A stretch of DNA of 48,996 bases from Heptranchias perlo (GCF_035084215.1 NC_090363.1:2604001-2652996); one strand, 5' to 3'; shown: positions 1 through 12,218, counted from the first letter of the stretch. The notes: generated by a model from the letters alone, not told the origin. A program made the numbers and translations.

Positions 1-83
1 GGATAATCCTCATCTTCAGTACAAATTTATTTTTAAAAATTGCAAAATTAGAGAACAAAATTTCCAAACTAAGGAAAACAAAA

Positions 84-437
84 GAAAGAACTTGCATTTA
101 TATAGTGCCTTTCACAACCTCTGGATGTCCCAAAGCGCTTTACAGCCAATGAAGTACTTTTGAAGTGTAGTCACTGTTGTAATTTAGGAAACGCAGCAGC
201 CAATTTGCCCTCAGCAAGGTCCCACAAACAGCAATGTCATAACGACCAGATAATTTTTTTTTAACTGATGTTGGTTGAGGGATAAATATTGGGCCCAGGA
301 CACCGGGGAGAACTCCCCCCTGCTCCTTTTCGAAATAGCGCCAAGGGATCTTTTACGTCCACCTGAGGGGGCAGACGGGGCCTCTGTTTAACGTCTCGTC
401 TGAAAGACGGCCCCTCCGACAGTGCAGCACTCCCTCT
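84..437 (-). mobile_element. tRNA-derived SINE (Deu-domain/SacSINE1-like), 5'-truncated
   Basis: Same body and tail (..GCTATATAAATGCAAG..) as the other copies in the window. Confidence 0.75.
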
Positions 438-751
438 GACTCGGGTGAGAGCGCTACCACTGAGAGACAGCAGTGATATGAGGTTATGATACTGGACTAG
501 CAACAGAGAGTGTTCAAACCTCACCATGACAAGCTGTGAAATGTAATTAATGAATCTGGTCGTTTGTGGACTGTCACCAGAAAAAAATAAATGACCATGC
601 CGGATTATTGTAAAAACCCAGAATCAGCCAGTCCTGATCATCCTTCAGTGGGAAGGGGGTCAGACGGTGATGCCTTCCACATTCGAATAGCCCGATCACA
701 ATCTATTTCTCGGTTCGCTCATGAATGCCCAACCGAGTGAGGGTACTGGGT

Positions 752-2872
752 AGAATCACAGAAGGAGGCCATTTGGCCCGTTGAGTTGTGCTGGCTCTCT
801 GAAAGAGCTGTCCAACTAGTCCCATGCCCTGCAAATTTTTCCTCTTCAAGTATTTATCCAATTCCCTTTTGAAAGTTATTATTGAATCTGCTTCCACCGC
901 CCTTTCAGGCAGCGCATTCCAGATCGTAACTCGCTGTGTTTAAAAAAAATTAATCTCCCCTCTGGTTCTTTTACCAATTACCTTAAATCTGTGTCTTCTG
1001 GTTACCGACCCTTCTGCCACTGGAAACAGTTTCTCCTTATTTACTCTATCAAAACCCTTCATGATTTTGAACCCCTCGATCACATCTCCCCCTTAACCTT
1101 TGCTACTTTAAGGAGAACAATCCCAGCTTCTCCAGTCTCTCCGCATAACTGAAGTCCCTGGTCCCTGGTCCCATTCTAGTAAATCTCCTCTGTACCCTCT
1201 TTGAGGCTTTGTCACCCTTCCTAAAGTAGAGGGCAGTCAGTGCGTGTAGAACCCAACCCCAATGGCACTGCCCTCGGGAGAGGAGAGAAATTAGTCTTTA
1301 TATAGTTTAGAAAAGGTGCAGTTTATGGTATGACCGAAGAGTAAAAATAATTTGCAATTACAAGAACAAAATTCTTACATATTTGAACACAATATTGAAG
1401 TCCTCAGCAGATGCGGGATTTTGGGGGGTTTAAGAGGTTACAGGACTGGTGGGCTCCACGTTCCCTCTGGGTTCCGATCAGCTGCAAACTCTCCTGTAGC
1501 CGTAGCAGCCTTCCTGTCAGGAGGCGTACAAGCCCCACCTCCTTACAGGAAGGTTGCTATGGCTACAAATCTTTCCGAGTGAATTCATCGTGGGCCGTGG
1601 GAGTGTGGACTAGTCTACTCAGGCTTCCAAAAGAAATAAGAAAAACAATAGACTGTGATCCATAACCGAGGCTAATTCACCCAGTGTGTCCTGAGTCAGC
1701 TCGTCTTGGCAAAGGGGCAGTGGTTAAGGGGCCCCGACGTTTGGTGTCTACCTGCAAGCTTCACAAGGGGATAAAGTTATCAGGGTTCTGGAGTATTACA
1801 TTCAGTTGTGGGCGCCGCGCCTCAGGAAGGATATATTGGCCTTGGAGGGGGTGCAGCGCAGAGTCACCAGAATGATACCGGGGCTAAAAGGGTTAAATTA
1901 CGAGGACAGGTTGCGCAGACTGGGCTTGTATTCCCTCGAGTGTAGAAGATTAAGGGATGATCTAATTGAGGTGTTTAAGATGATTAAAGGATTTGATAGG
2001 GTGGATAGAGAGAAACTATTTCCTCTGGTGGGGGGAGTCCAGAACAAGGGGGCAGAACCTTAAAATTAGAGCCAGGCCGTTCAGGGGTGATGTCAGGAAG
2101 CACTTCTTCACACAAAGGGGAGTGGAAATCTGGAACTTTCTCCCCCAAAAAGCTGTTGAGGCTGGGGGTCAATTGGAAATTTTAACACTGAGATTGATGG
2201 ATTTTTGTTGGGTAAGGGTATTAAGTGTTACAGAACCAAGGTGGGTAGATGGAGTTAAGATACAGATCAACCATGATCTAATTGAATGGCGGAACAGGCT
2301 CGAGGGGCTGAATGGCCTCCTCCTGTTCCTATGTTCCCACTCCTGGTCACGCGCCAATGCCATCGACTGGAAACGCGTCACATGTTGGTGTCGGGTGAAA
2401 AACAAACTCCACGGAGATGGTGCCCGAGATCTCGTTGGTTTCACTCACGCAGAATGAACACTGGTTTGGGAGGGATACTGAGCAGGCTGGGGGTCTTTTC
2501 TCCAGAAAAGAGAAGGCTGAGGGGTGACTTGATAGAGGTCTTTGACATAATGAAGGGGTTCGATAAGGTAGACAAATGTAGGGGGCCATAAATATAAGAT
2601 AGTCACTAACAAATCCAGTAGGGAGTTCAGGAGAAACTTCTTCACCCAGAGAGTGGTGAGAATGTGGAACTCACTCCCACAAGGAGTAGTTTGGGGCGAA
2701 TAACAGAGATACATTTAAGGGGAAGCTCGATAAACACATGAGGGAGAAAGGAATAGAAGGATATGGTGATAGGGTGAGATGAAGTAGGGAGGGAGGATGC
2801 TCGTGTGGAGCATAAACGCCGGCATAGACCAGTTGGGCCGAATGGCCTGTTTCTGTGCTGTAAAATTCTATT
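752..2872. mobile_element. Cluster of CR1 LINE 3' fragments (752-1228 -, ~1790-2335 +, ~2478-2872 +) around a unique segment
   Basis: ORF2 C-terminal motifs RRLRGDLIEVFK, FFTQRVV..WN.LP and 3' UTR GGCCGAATGGCCT. Confidence 0.8.
1495..1567 (+). other. 73-nt hairpin (30-bp stem, 13-nt loop), pre-miRNA-like
   Basis: TGTAGCCGTAGCAGCCTTCCTGTCAGGAGG pairs with CCTCCTTACAGGAAGGTTGCTATGGCTACA with two G-U wobbles and one C-U mismatch. The inverted repeat is certain; its function is not. Confidence 0.5.
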
Positions 2873-2876
2873 TATT
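2871..2876 (-). terminator. Candidate polyadenylation signal (AATAAA) of the OLFML2-like gene
   Basis: TTTATT on + strand, 75 nt downstream of the stop codon, at the edge of an oppositely oriented CR1 3' tail. Confidence 0.45.
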
Positions 2877-2951
2877 ACAAAGGCCAACTGATGCATTTGG
2901 GACTCCTGGTCCCAGGCTTGAGTCAGAGGCGAGGGCAGCAAGTTACACAAG

Positions 2952-3553
2952 TCAGTAAGCAAATATAACATTGTAGGTCACTTGGAATCCATTATCCCAA
3001 GCATAGAGCAGTTTGTCTATTGGGTTGTAGTCTATCTGGGTGAGGTAAGAGTAATTGCTTTGAATGGTCAGCCCCGGGTTAGACTCGAAGCCTGTGTGGG
3101 TGTCGAAGGCATAGGTGACGATGCCCTCCTTCTCCTTCTGCAGGTTCATGGCGTAAAAGACTCCGCAGATCAGGAAATAGTTGCCGTAGGAAGACCGTCT
3201 GAGTTGGGTTTTCCAAGTGGTCTCCTTCCTGGCGCTTAGGTCAATGGGATCCAACCGGCTGAGCACCAAGACCTCCTCGGGCAGGTAGCCAAAGTCGTTG
3301 GAGAAGTAGGCCACCCACAGGCCGCTCTCGTCCACCGTGAAGTCCACCTCCGAGTAGCCCTTCCACGCAGACAGGGTGGCGGACTGCGTCACCAGGTCGT
3401 CCAGTGAACTCCAGCTGGTGGCCGTCCTCTGCCGCAGGTCGTAGCGGATGATGTTCCGCGTGTAGGCCTTGTTGTAGTAGAAGGAACCATTGTACACGGC
3501 ATGGCCGGTCCCAATCCAACTGTAAGGCAGCTTGTACGTGTTACTCCAGCGAC
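2952..3553 (-). CDS. Olfactomedin-like 2 family gene, last exon (OLF beta-propeller, ends [10 protein letters not shown])
   Basis: Acceptor tttccAG|GT, stop at 2952. Motifs [42 protein letters not shown]. Joined CDS is 1584 nt (527 aa) with no internal stop. Confidence 0.95.
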
Positions 3554-3736
3554 CTGGAAACATGCAACCGGACCGTAAGCTGCCTTGGCGACCAAGAGTC
3601 GTCTTAACGTTGGGGAAATCATTCTCTGACCAATTCAATATCGCAACTGCCTGCCTTTAACATAGGAAAATGTCCCAAAGAGTTTTATAGTTTCACAGTG
3701 TCAGCCTCAGTGGATAGCACTCTCGCCTCTGAGTCA

Positions 3737-4620
3737 GAAGGAGCACTGCACTGTCGGAGGGTCAGTACTGAGGGAGCGCCGCGCTGTCGGAGGGTCAGTA
3801 CTGAGGGAGCGCCGCGCTGTCGGAGGGTCAGCACTGAGGGAGTGCCGCACTGTCGGAGGGTCAGCACTGAGGGAGCGCCGCACTGTCGGAGGGTCAGTAC
3901 TGAGGGAGCGCCGCACTGTCGGAGGGTCAGTACTGAGGGAGCGCCGCACTGTCGGAGGGTCAGCACTGAGGGAGCGCCGCGCTGTCGGAGGGTCAGCACT
4001 GAGGGTGCGCCGCGCTGTCGGAGGGTCAGCACTGAGGGAGCGCCGCGCTGTCGGAGGGTCAGTACTGAGGGAGCGCCGCACTGTCGGAGGGTCAGCACTG
4101 AGGGAGCGCCGCGCTGTCGGAGGGTCAGTACTGAGGGAGCGCCGCGCTGTCGGAGGGTCAGCACTGAGGGAGCGCCGCACTGTCGGAGGGTCAGTACTGA
4201 GGGAGCGCCGCACTGTCGGAGGGTCAGTACTGAGGGAGCGCCGCACTGTCGGAGGGTCAGTACTGAGGGAGCGCCGCACTGTCGGAGGGTCAGTACTGAA
4301 GGAGCGCCGCACTGTCGGAGGGTCAGTACTGAGGGAGCGCCGCACTGTCGGAGGGTCAGTACTGAGGGAGCGCCGCACTGTCGGAGGGTCAGTACTGAGG
4401 GAGTGCCGCGCTGTCGGAGGGTCAGTACTGAGGGAGCGCCGCACTGTCGGAGGGTCAGTACTGAGGGAGTGCTGCACTGTCGGAGGGTCAGTACTGAGGG
4501 AGCGCCGCGCTGTCGGAGGGTCAGTACTGAGGGAGCGCCGCACTGTCGGAGGGTCAGTACTGAGGGAGCGCCGCACTGTCGGAGGGTCAGTACTGAGGGA
4601 GCACTGCACTGTCGGAGGGG
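3737..4620 (+). repeat. 33-bp minisatellite (~27 copies) expanded from a SINE internal segment
   Basis: Unit GAGGGAGCGCCGCACTGTCGGAGGGTCAGTACT. Preceded by a SINE head (tcagtggatagcactctcgcctctgagtcagaag, ~3700-3740). Confidence 0.92.
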
Positions 4621-5469
4621 CTGTTTTTCTCCCCTTCGCCCTGTATCAATCAAAAACTAACCTCAGAGCCCCGCTCTGTGTCTTCACCTGTTTCAAATAT
4701 TTATCCAATTTTCCCTTGAAAGGGGTAAAAGTCTCCGCCTGAACCACTCTCGGTGGTTAAACCATTCCGTGCTCCCAACAACCCCCTGAGGAAAGCAAAT
4801 TCCTCCTGATCCCCTCTCCTCACACTTTGTGATAATTTTAAATCAATGACCTCTATTACCCCCTTTCCCTTCTCTGTTCCAATCATTTCCCACTCTTGTT
4901 CCTCCATCTTCCTGTATGTAAAAGCCCTCCCCCCCGCCCCCCTTTATCCTGCTGATTCATTGCTTCATCCACCCACATTCTGTAAAAACAAAACAAAGAT
5001 CAGAAAGTTCAGATTTCCGAGAATCCCAAGTTTCTGACTGTAGATGTGTTGAAATGGGGGGGTGGGTGGGGTCCCAGTGTCCCGAGGGAACCTCTCCCCA
5101 CCCCCACCCCCACCCCCACCCCCGCTTACAGCCGGACAGCTCCCGGACCGGCTAACTCACCCCAGCGCTCTCAGGGTTAAAGTGCACTGCCCGCAGGGAC
5201 ACAATGTTTACTGCGAGGGAGCGAACTGCTGGGTCCGTGAGATAACAGGACTTATTCTGACTCCATATATGGGAGCGAGCCTGCTCAGTGCTTAATCTCA
5301 AAGAGCTGTGCTGCTTTCAGCCGCTGCACAGGCCGAACACAAAGGGTTGCAGAGGTAACCACAGAGATACCGCTGCAACTAACCGGTCCCAGGAGCGACC
5401 GCCACCGCACGACCAATGCGCCTGCGTTGTTTGTCGCCGCTGTGTGATGCTTCAGCCGTACGGAGCCTT

Positions 5470-7088
5470 GATCAGACCCCCACCTGGAGAGACTGCCTTC
5501 AGTTCTGGGCACCGCACCTCAGGAAGGATATATTGGCCTTGGAGGGGGTGCAGGGCAGATTCACCAGAATGATACCGGGGCGAAAAGGGGTTAAATTACG
5601 AGGAGAGGCTGCACAGACTGGGCTTGTATTCCCTCGAGTTTAGCACTTTAGGGGGTGATCTAAATCGAGGTGTTTAAACGCTTAAAAGGATTCGATAGGG
5701 TGGATAGAGAGAAACTATTTCCTCTGGTGGGGGGAGTCCAGAACAAGGGGGCAGAACCTTAAAATTAGAGCCAGAAGTGAAATCAGGAAGCACTTCTTCA
5801 CACAAAGGGACTGTGCAAAAGGCTCTTGAGGCTGGGGATCAATTGAAATTTTCATGACTGAGATCGACAGATTTTTGTTGGGTGATGGCCTTAAGGGGAT
5901 ATTGGAAGCCTGAGTAGACTAGTCCACACTCCCACGGCCCACGATGAGTTAAGATACAGATCATAACGAGGGGGCATAGATTTAAGGTGAGAGGGGAGAG
6001 ATACAAAAGGGTCCAGAGGGGCAATTTTTTCACTCAAAGGGTGGTGAGTGTCTGGAACGAGCTGCCAGAGGCAGTAGTAGAGGCGGGTGCAATTTTATCT
6101 TTTAAAAAGCATTTGGACAGTTACATGGGTAAGATGGGTATAGAGGGATATGGGCCAAGTGCAGGCAATTGGGACTAGCTTAGTGGTATAAACTGGGCGA
6201 CATGGACATGTTGGGCCGAAGGGCCTGTTTCCATGTTGTAACTTCTATGATTCTATGATTCTATCAGCCATGATCTAATTGGGGAACAGGCTCGAGGGGC
6301 TGAATGGCCTCTTTCTGTTCCTACATTCCTACGTCCAATAGTTGTGAGAATGTCCAAACTCATTTCGTTTAACGCTCCTATGTAGATAAGCCCCCCGCCG
6401 TCATTTGGGTCTGAAGTAGATTCTAAACCTAGGCCCCTGATCTGTGTGCACTTGTCTCCATTCAGATAGTGCTCCGTGCGAGTCTGTCGCACAGCTGTCT
6501 GTGAAGCGTACAGCACGGCGGGGGGGTGGGGGGAAGAGAGGGGCGTTCATCGTCGGGTGCTGTGATACACTCGCCCGTCAAAGCTGTCCAGTGCCGGCAG
6601 ACGAGAGGAGCCAGAGCACGAAACGAGGGGTAGGAAGGAACGTTCGGAGGGGATGCCCTCGCCTCTGAGTCAGAAGTTGGTGCGTTCAAGTCCCCACTCC
6701 TGAGGACTCGAGACCAGGCAGACATTCCCCAGTGTACGTACCGAGAGAGCGCTGCACTGGCAGAGGATAGAGTAGACGGGGAGAAACTGGTTCCAGTGGC
6801 AGGAGGGTCGGTAACCAGAGGACACAGACTTAAGATAATTGGCAAAAGAACCAGAGGGGAGATGAGGAGAATATTTTCTTACGCAGCGAGTTATGATGAT
6901 CTGGAATGCGCTGCCTGAGAGGGCGGTGGAAGCAGATTCAATAATAACTTTCAAAGGGGAATTGGATAAACACTGGAAAAGGAAAAAGATTTACAGAGTG
7001 GGGGGGAGCGGGACTAATTGGATCGCTCTTTTAAAGAGCCGGCACAGGCACGATGGGCCGAATGGCCTCGTCCTGTGCTGTACCATTC
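5470..7088 (+). mobile_element. CR1 LINE 3' fragments (one nested in another at ~5963-6263), a SINE head (~6660-6765) and a further CR1 fragment
   Basis: CR1 ORF2 C-terminal peptides in ORFs 5416, 5987 and 6893. (ATTCTATG)n tail at ~6243-6263. Confidence 0.75.
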
Positions 7089-7132
7089 CAGGTCGGGAAG
7101 TCAGCCTGCAGTGTGTTCACGAGAAACCTTAC

Positions 7133-7318
7133 CCAGTTTGAAATGTTCCAGGTTGCGGAACTCGATCAGGGTGGTCCCAAAGAAGTAGTTGGCCACGTAG
7201 ACCCTCTCCTGATTGACCACCGAGTCCTTCATCCAAGCCCCTTCCGCACGCCCATAGCTGCTGTGAGTCTCCGGGTCCCTGATCATCACTAGTGTTCCGT
7301 CACAACCGTCTTCCCGAA
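7133..7318 (-). CDS. Olfactomedin-like 2 family gene, exon 6 (start of OLF domain: GCDGTL...YGRAEGAWMKD...YVANYFFGTTLIEFRNLEHFKL)
   Basis: Acceptor ttccAG|TT, donor G|GTAAGG, 186 nt, phase 1-1. Contains the olfactomedin signature GAWMKD. Confidence 0.93.
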
Positions 7319-7380
7319 CTGGAACCAGAGAGAGAGGGGGAGAGTTCTTAGTTGCTCTAATCCTTTATCGTATATTCGTA

Positions 7381-8845
7381 GTATCATAGTAGGTACAGCA
7401 CAGGAGGAGGCCATTCAGCCCATCATGCCTGTGCCGGCTCATTGAAAGAGCTATCCAATTAGTCCCACTCCCCCTGCTCATAAGAACATAAGAAATAGGA
7501 GCAGGAGTAGGCCAATCGGCCCCTCGAGCCTGCTCCGCCATTCAATAAGATCATGGCTGATCTGATCCTAACCTCAAATCTAAATTCATGTCCAATTTCC
7601 TGCCCGCTCCCCGTAACCCCTAATTCCCTTTACTTCTAGGAAACTGTCTATTTCTGTTTTAAATTTATTTAATGATGTAGCTTCCACAGCTTCCTGGGGC
7701 AGCAAATTCCACAGACCTACTACCCTCTGAGTGAAGAAGTTTCTCCTCATCTCAGTTTTGAAAGAGCAGCCCCTTATTCTAAGATTATGCCCCCTAGTTC
7801 TAGTTTCACCCATCCTTGGGAACATCCTCACCGCATCCACCCGATCAAGCCCCTTCACAATCTTATATGTTTCAATAAGATCGCCTCTCATTCTTCCGAA
7901 CTCCGCCATTCAATCTGATCATGGCTGATCTTCTACCTCAACGCCATTTTCCTGCACTATCCCCTCATCCCTTGATGCCTTTAATATCTAGAAATCTATC
8001 GCTCTCTGTTTTGAATGTACTCAATGACTGAGCCTCCACAGCCCTCTGGGGTAGAGAATTCCAAAGATTCACCACCCTCTGAGTGAAGAAATTTCTCCTC
8101 ATCTCAGTCCTAAATGGCCGACCCCTTATCCTGAGACAGTGACCCCTGGTTATGGACCCCCCAGCCAGGGGAAACATCCTCCCTGCTCTTTCCCCATAGT
8201 CCTGTACATTTTTTCCCTTCAAGTATTTATCCAATTCCCTTTTGAAAGTTATTATTGAATCTGCTTCCACCGCCCTTTCAGGCAGTGAATTCCAGATCAG
8301 AACAACTCACTGCATAAACAAATGTCATCTCTGGTTCTTTTGCCAATCACCTTAAATCTGTGTCCTCTGGTTCCCGACCCTCCTGCCACTGGAAACAGTT
8401 TCTCCTTATTTACTGTCAAAACCGTTCATGATTTTGAACCCCTCGATCAAATCTCCCCTTAACCTTCTCTGTTCTAAGGAGAACAACCCCAGCTTCTCCA
8501 GTCTCTCCACATAACTGAACTCCCTCATCCCTGATACCATGCTAGTAAATCTCCTCTGCCCTCTCTCTAAGGCCTTGACATCCTTCCTAAAGTGCGGTGC
8601 CCAGAATTGAACACATTACTCCAGCTGAGGCCTGACCAGTGATTTATAAAGGTTTTGCATAATTCCCTTGCTTTTGTACTCTGTGCCTCTATTAATAAAG
8701 CCCAGGATCCCATATGCTTTTTTAACAGCCTTCTCAACTTGTCCTGCCATCTTCAAAGATTTGTGTACCTACACCCCCAGGTCTCTCTGTTCCTGCACCC
8801 CCTTTAAAATCGTACCATTTAGTTTATATTGCCTCTCCTCATTCT
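7381..8845 (-). mobile_element. Nested CR1 LINE fragments (host copy interrupted at ~7478-8180 by two other CR1 3' ends)
   Basis: Host tail breaks after CCCTGCTC (~7478) and resumes with CCCTGCTCTTTCCCCATAG (~8181). Inserted pieces encode RGDLIETYK and FFTQRVV. Confidence 0.75.
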
Positions 8846-8949
8846 CCCAACAAATGCATCACTGGAAGGACACTTTAGGGTTCTAAACCAAACTACACTG
8901 AACCAAACCAGACCAGGTTTGGTCTTCCCTGAAGAACAGGAGTCCAAGG

Positions 8950-9380
8950 GTTAAACTATGAAGAGCGATTACATAAACGAGGCCTGGAATATAGAGGGTT
9001 AAGGGGTGATTTGATTGAGGTTTTTAGGATTTTTGATAGGGTGGATGGAGAGAAACTATTTCCTCTGTCTAGGACAAGAGGGCATAACCTTAAAATCAGA
9101 GCCAGGACATTCAGGAAAGAAGTTAGGGAATTCACGCAAACTCTCTCCCACAAAATGGGCCAAATGGCCTCCTTCTGTGCCGTAAATTTCTATGATTCTA
9201 TGATAAAAAGCAGTAGATGCGAGCTCAATTAATAATTTTAAATCTGAGATCGCTAGATTTTTGCTAGCCCAGGGGTATGGAGCCGAGGCGGGTGGATGGA
9301 GCTAGGACACAGATCAGCCATGATCTGATTGAATGGCGGCATAGGCTCGAGGGGCTGAATGGCCTCCTCCTGTCCCTATG
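8950..9380 (+). mobile_element. CR1 LINE 3' fragments
   Basis: DLIEVF..DRVD.EKLFPL peptide and CR1 3' UTR. Confidence 0.7.
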
Positions 9381-9634
9381 AGTCAACCAGTTGGGGTTTT
9401 GGTGCCAATCCGCGTTCAAACTCACAACCTTGATATGAAAGGCCTTGCTCTGCTGAGTGTCGGGGCAGAGAGGGAGGGGAATGGGGAGTGAGGAGTCAGT
9501 GCCTGCACAAAACCCAAGCCTCATCGACATCTTCTGAAGGACCAAAGAGAGGACAGGAAAGGCAATGCTCCAATGTCTGGTGGAACTTCGAAAAGCGTCC
9601 CGGGCGTTCTGAAAAGGTTTGATGGTGGACTCAC

Positions 9635-9836
9635 TCATGTTTCCGTTGTCGTCCGAAGGTTTCCCGGTCACGGCCTCCGAGGAGAAGACTCCAGGACGAG
9701 CAGTGGGTGGGTGAGGCCTCGTGGTGGGCTTCTGGGCGATGGTGGGCTGAGGGTCTGGCCATTCTTTGGGGGCGCCATCCTTCGAGATGTTAGCTTTCAG
9801 GGACGGTGCCTCGCCTATGTTTAGCTTCACAGTGAC
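9635..9836 (-). CDS. Olfactomedin-like 2 family gene, exon 5 (Pro/Thr/Ser-rich linker)
   Basis: Acceptor gtcttgcAG|GTC, donor ATG A|GTGAGT, 202 nt, phase 0-1, matching the phase-1 start of the next exon. Unique sequence among CR1 fragments. Confidence 0.75.
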
Positions 9837-9854
9837 CTGCAAGACAGCGATAGT

Positions 9855-10210
9855 TTCTCCTTAAAGCAGAGAAGGTTAAGGGGGAGATTTGATCGAGGTG
9901 TTCAAAATCATGAAGGGGTTTTGATGGAGGAAATAAGGAGAAACTGTTTCCAGTGGCAGGAGGGTCGGTAACCAGAGGACACAGATTTAAGGTAATTGGA
10001 TGAAAGAACCAGAGGAGAGATGAGGAGAATTATTTTACGCAGCGAGTTGTTCTGATCTGGAATTCACTGCCTGAAAGGGCGGTGGAAGCAGATTCAATAA
10101 TAACTTTCAAAAGGGAATTGGATAAATATTTGAAGGGGAAAAGTTTGCAGGGCTCTGGGGAAAGAGCAGGGTGGTGGGGCAGGCAGTGGGACGAATTGGA
10201 TTGTTCTTTG
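9855..10210 (+). mobile_element. CR1 LINE 3' fragment
   Basis: Same family as 752-1228 (VEADSIITFKRELDKYL). Confidence 0.75.
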
Positions 10211-10987
10211 GTGCTGCATTGCCTGAGGTACCGTCATTCGGATAAGACTTTAAACCAAGTCACTATTTCGAAGACGAGCAGGGGAGTTCTCCCCGGTCTC
10301 CTGGGACAACATTCGACCCTCAAGCAACACCACCAAAAACAGATTAACTGGTCATTTATCCGGTTCCGACCCGTGGGATTTTGCTGTGTGCAAATTTGCC
10401 TACGTTAAAAAAAAAACACATAACTTCTCCAGGGCTTCTGCCAATTGCTGACCGGAGAAATCCCACGGAAATTCCAGGCAATTGTTAACCTTTACTTGTT
10501 AATAAAAAAAAGTTTCACCCAATAGGAGGGCAGATATTGACTGACTAAATTGTACACCCATTAATAAAGAACGGGATTTAAAGTTTTGTTTCACAGAACA
10601 CAAAGTTATCACAACCTCTCCCCCCCCGGGCAAAATGTATCAGAGCAGCAGCACAGAGTTAGTTATTGGTTTAGTGAGTCTTACGGCAGTTCAATAGGGA
10701 ATTCAGGAGAAACTTATTTACCCAGAGAGTGGAACTCGCTCCCATGAGGAGTGGTTGAGGCGAACAGCAGAGATATATTTAAGGGGAAGCTGCATAAACA
10801 CGTGAGGGAGAAGGGAATAGAAGGATATGGTGATAGGGAGAGACGAAAGAGGGGAGGGAGGAGGCTCGTGTGGAGCATAAACACCAGCATTGACCAGTTG
10901 GGCCGAATGGCCTGTTTCTGTAATTCAGATCATGGGGGCCCCAGGCCTGCTCTGGTACTTGAAGGGAGATAGGCCTTGGGCAGGTAC

Positions 10988-11170
10988 CTTCACTTTTCTC
11001 TCCTGCGGTAAGGGCTGTTGCTTCCTCAGTTGGGAGTTAAATTTGCTCAGCTCCTTCTTGACGGCCCTCATGGTGCTGGAGAGGTTCTGGTAGATGTGGC
11101 GGTGCTGAACGAGTTTTTCGAAGGCCTCCTTCAGAAGGACACTGACACTGGACACATTGCGTTCCACCCT
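10988..11170 (-). CDS. Olfactomedin-like 2 family gene, exon 4 (coiled coil RVERNVSS...MRAVKKELSKFNSQLRKQ...KVK)
   Basis: T-rich tract then aAG|AGG acceptor, donor AAG|GTACCT, 183 nt, phase 0-0. The KKELS motif is shared with OLFML2A (recalled). Confidence 0.75.
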
Positions 11171-11287
11171 CTTGTTAAAAACAAAAAACACACGCACCCA
11201 AAATTCAGTTTTCATTTTAAAATATAAGAACATTACACCCACACAAGCCTGCCTGGCTTTTTTTTTCATAGATTATCCCCATCTGAC

Positions 11288-11690
11288 AACAGCAACTTGC
11301 ATTTATACAGCGCCTTTCATGTTGTAAAACGCCCCCAAGGTGCTTCACAGGAGCGTCATGCCACAAAAAGGAGATATCAGCGCAGGTGACCAAGAGCTTG
11401 GTCAAAGAGGTGGGTTTTAAGGAGCGTCTTAAAGGAGGGGAGAGAGGCGGAGAGGTTTAGGGAGGGAATTCCAGAGCTTAGGGCCCAGGCAGCTGAAGGC
11501 ACGGCCGCCAATGATGGAGCGATTAAAATCGGGGATGTGCAAGAGGCCAGAATTGGAGGAGCGCAGAGATTTCGGAGGGTGGTAGGGCTGGAGGAGGTTA
11601 CAGAGATAGGGAGGGGGCGAGGGATTTGAAAACAAGGATGAGAATTTTAAAATCGAGGCGTTCCCGGACCGGGAGCCAATGGGAGGTGAC
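11288..11690 (-). mobile_element. L2-clade LINE 3' fragment
   Basis: GGRAFS..GPKLWNSLP peptide. Tail shared with the SINE (ATAAATGCAAGTTG). Confidence 0.75.
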
Positions 11691-11964
11691 CAACCTTCTC
11701 CACATGTCTCTCAACCCCACCTCTCTCCAGAAACGCATTCAATTGTCTCTTGAGCCCACTGATACCATCAGATTCAATATCCTTCCCTGTTAATATAATT
11801 TGATGTTACGGCATTGGTTACGTTCTCCTGCGCGCTGATGTCACAGCCAGGAAGTCACTCGCCTTTCATTGACGGTTAATTCACTGGGGCCACTCAGGCT
11901 GGTGTCAGTGGTGGGAGCCCAATAAAAGGCTTCTCAAGGTCACCGCCCTAACAAATCCACACAG

Positions 11965-12190
11965 AGAAACCCCATCTGGTTCACTCCTGTCCTTTAGGGA
12001 AGGAAACCTGCCGTCCTTACCCGGTCTGGGCCTAAATGTGACTCCAGTCCCACACCAATGTGGTTGACTCTTAACTGCCCTCTGAAGTGCCCAAGCGAGT
12101 CTCTCCATTCTATTACCACCTTCTCAGGGCAACTAGGGATGGGCAATAAATGCCAGCCTTGCCAGTGATGCCCACATCCCGAGAATGAGT
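11965..12190 (+). mobile_element. Second SINE family fragment whose 3' tail matches the LINE at 21000-21890
   Basis: Ends in GGGCAA(C/T)TAGGGATGGGCAATAAATGCC...GCCCACATCCC, as that LINE does. Confidence 0.6.
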
Positions 12191-12218
12191 AAAATATAAA
12201 CAGGAACGGCCCCCTTAC

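Noticed and set aside
3554-3638. N-terminal extension MNWSENDF... of the 228-aa olfactomedin ORF
   Set aside because: Intronic. Homology starts at the acceptor at 3553, in phase with exon 6.
3685-4742. Four long ORFs (245-322 aa) with Cys/Arg-rich repeats; CRISPR-like appearance
   Set aside because: Translations of a stop-free 33-bp SINE-derived tandem unit. There are no unique spacers and the context is a vertebrate intron.
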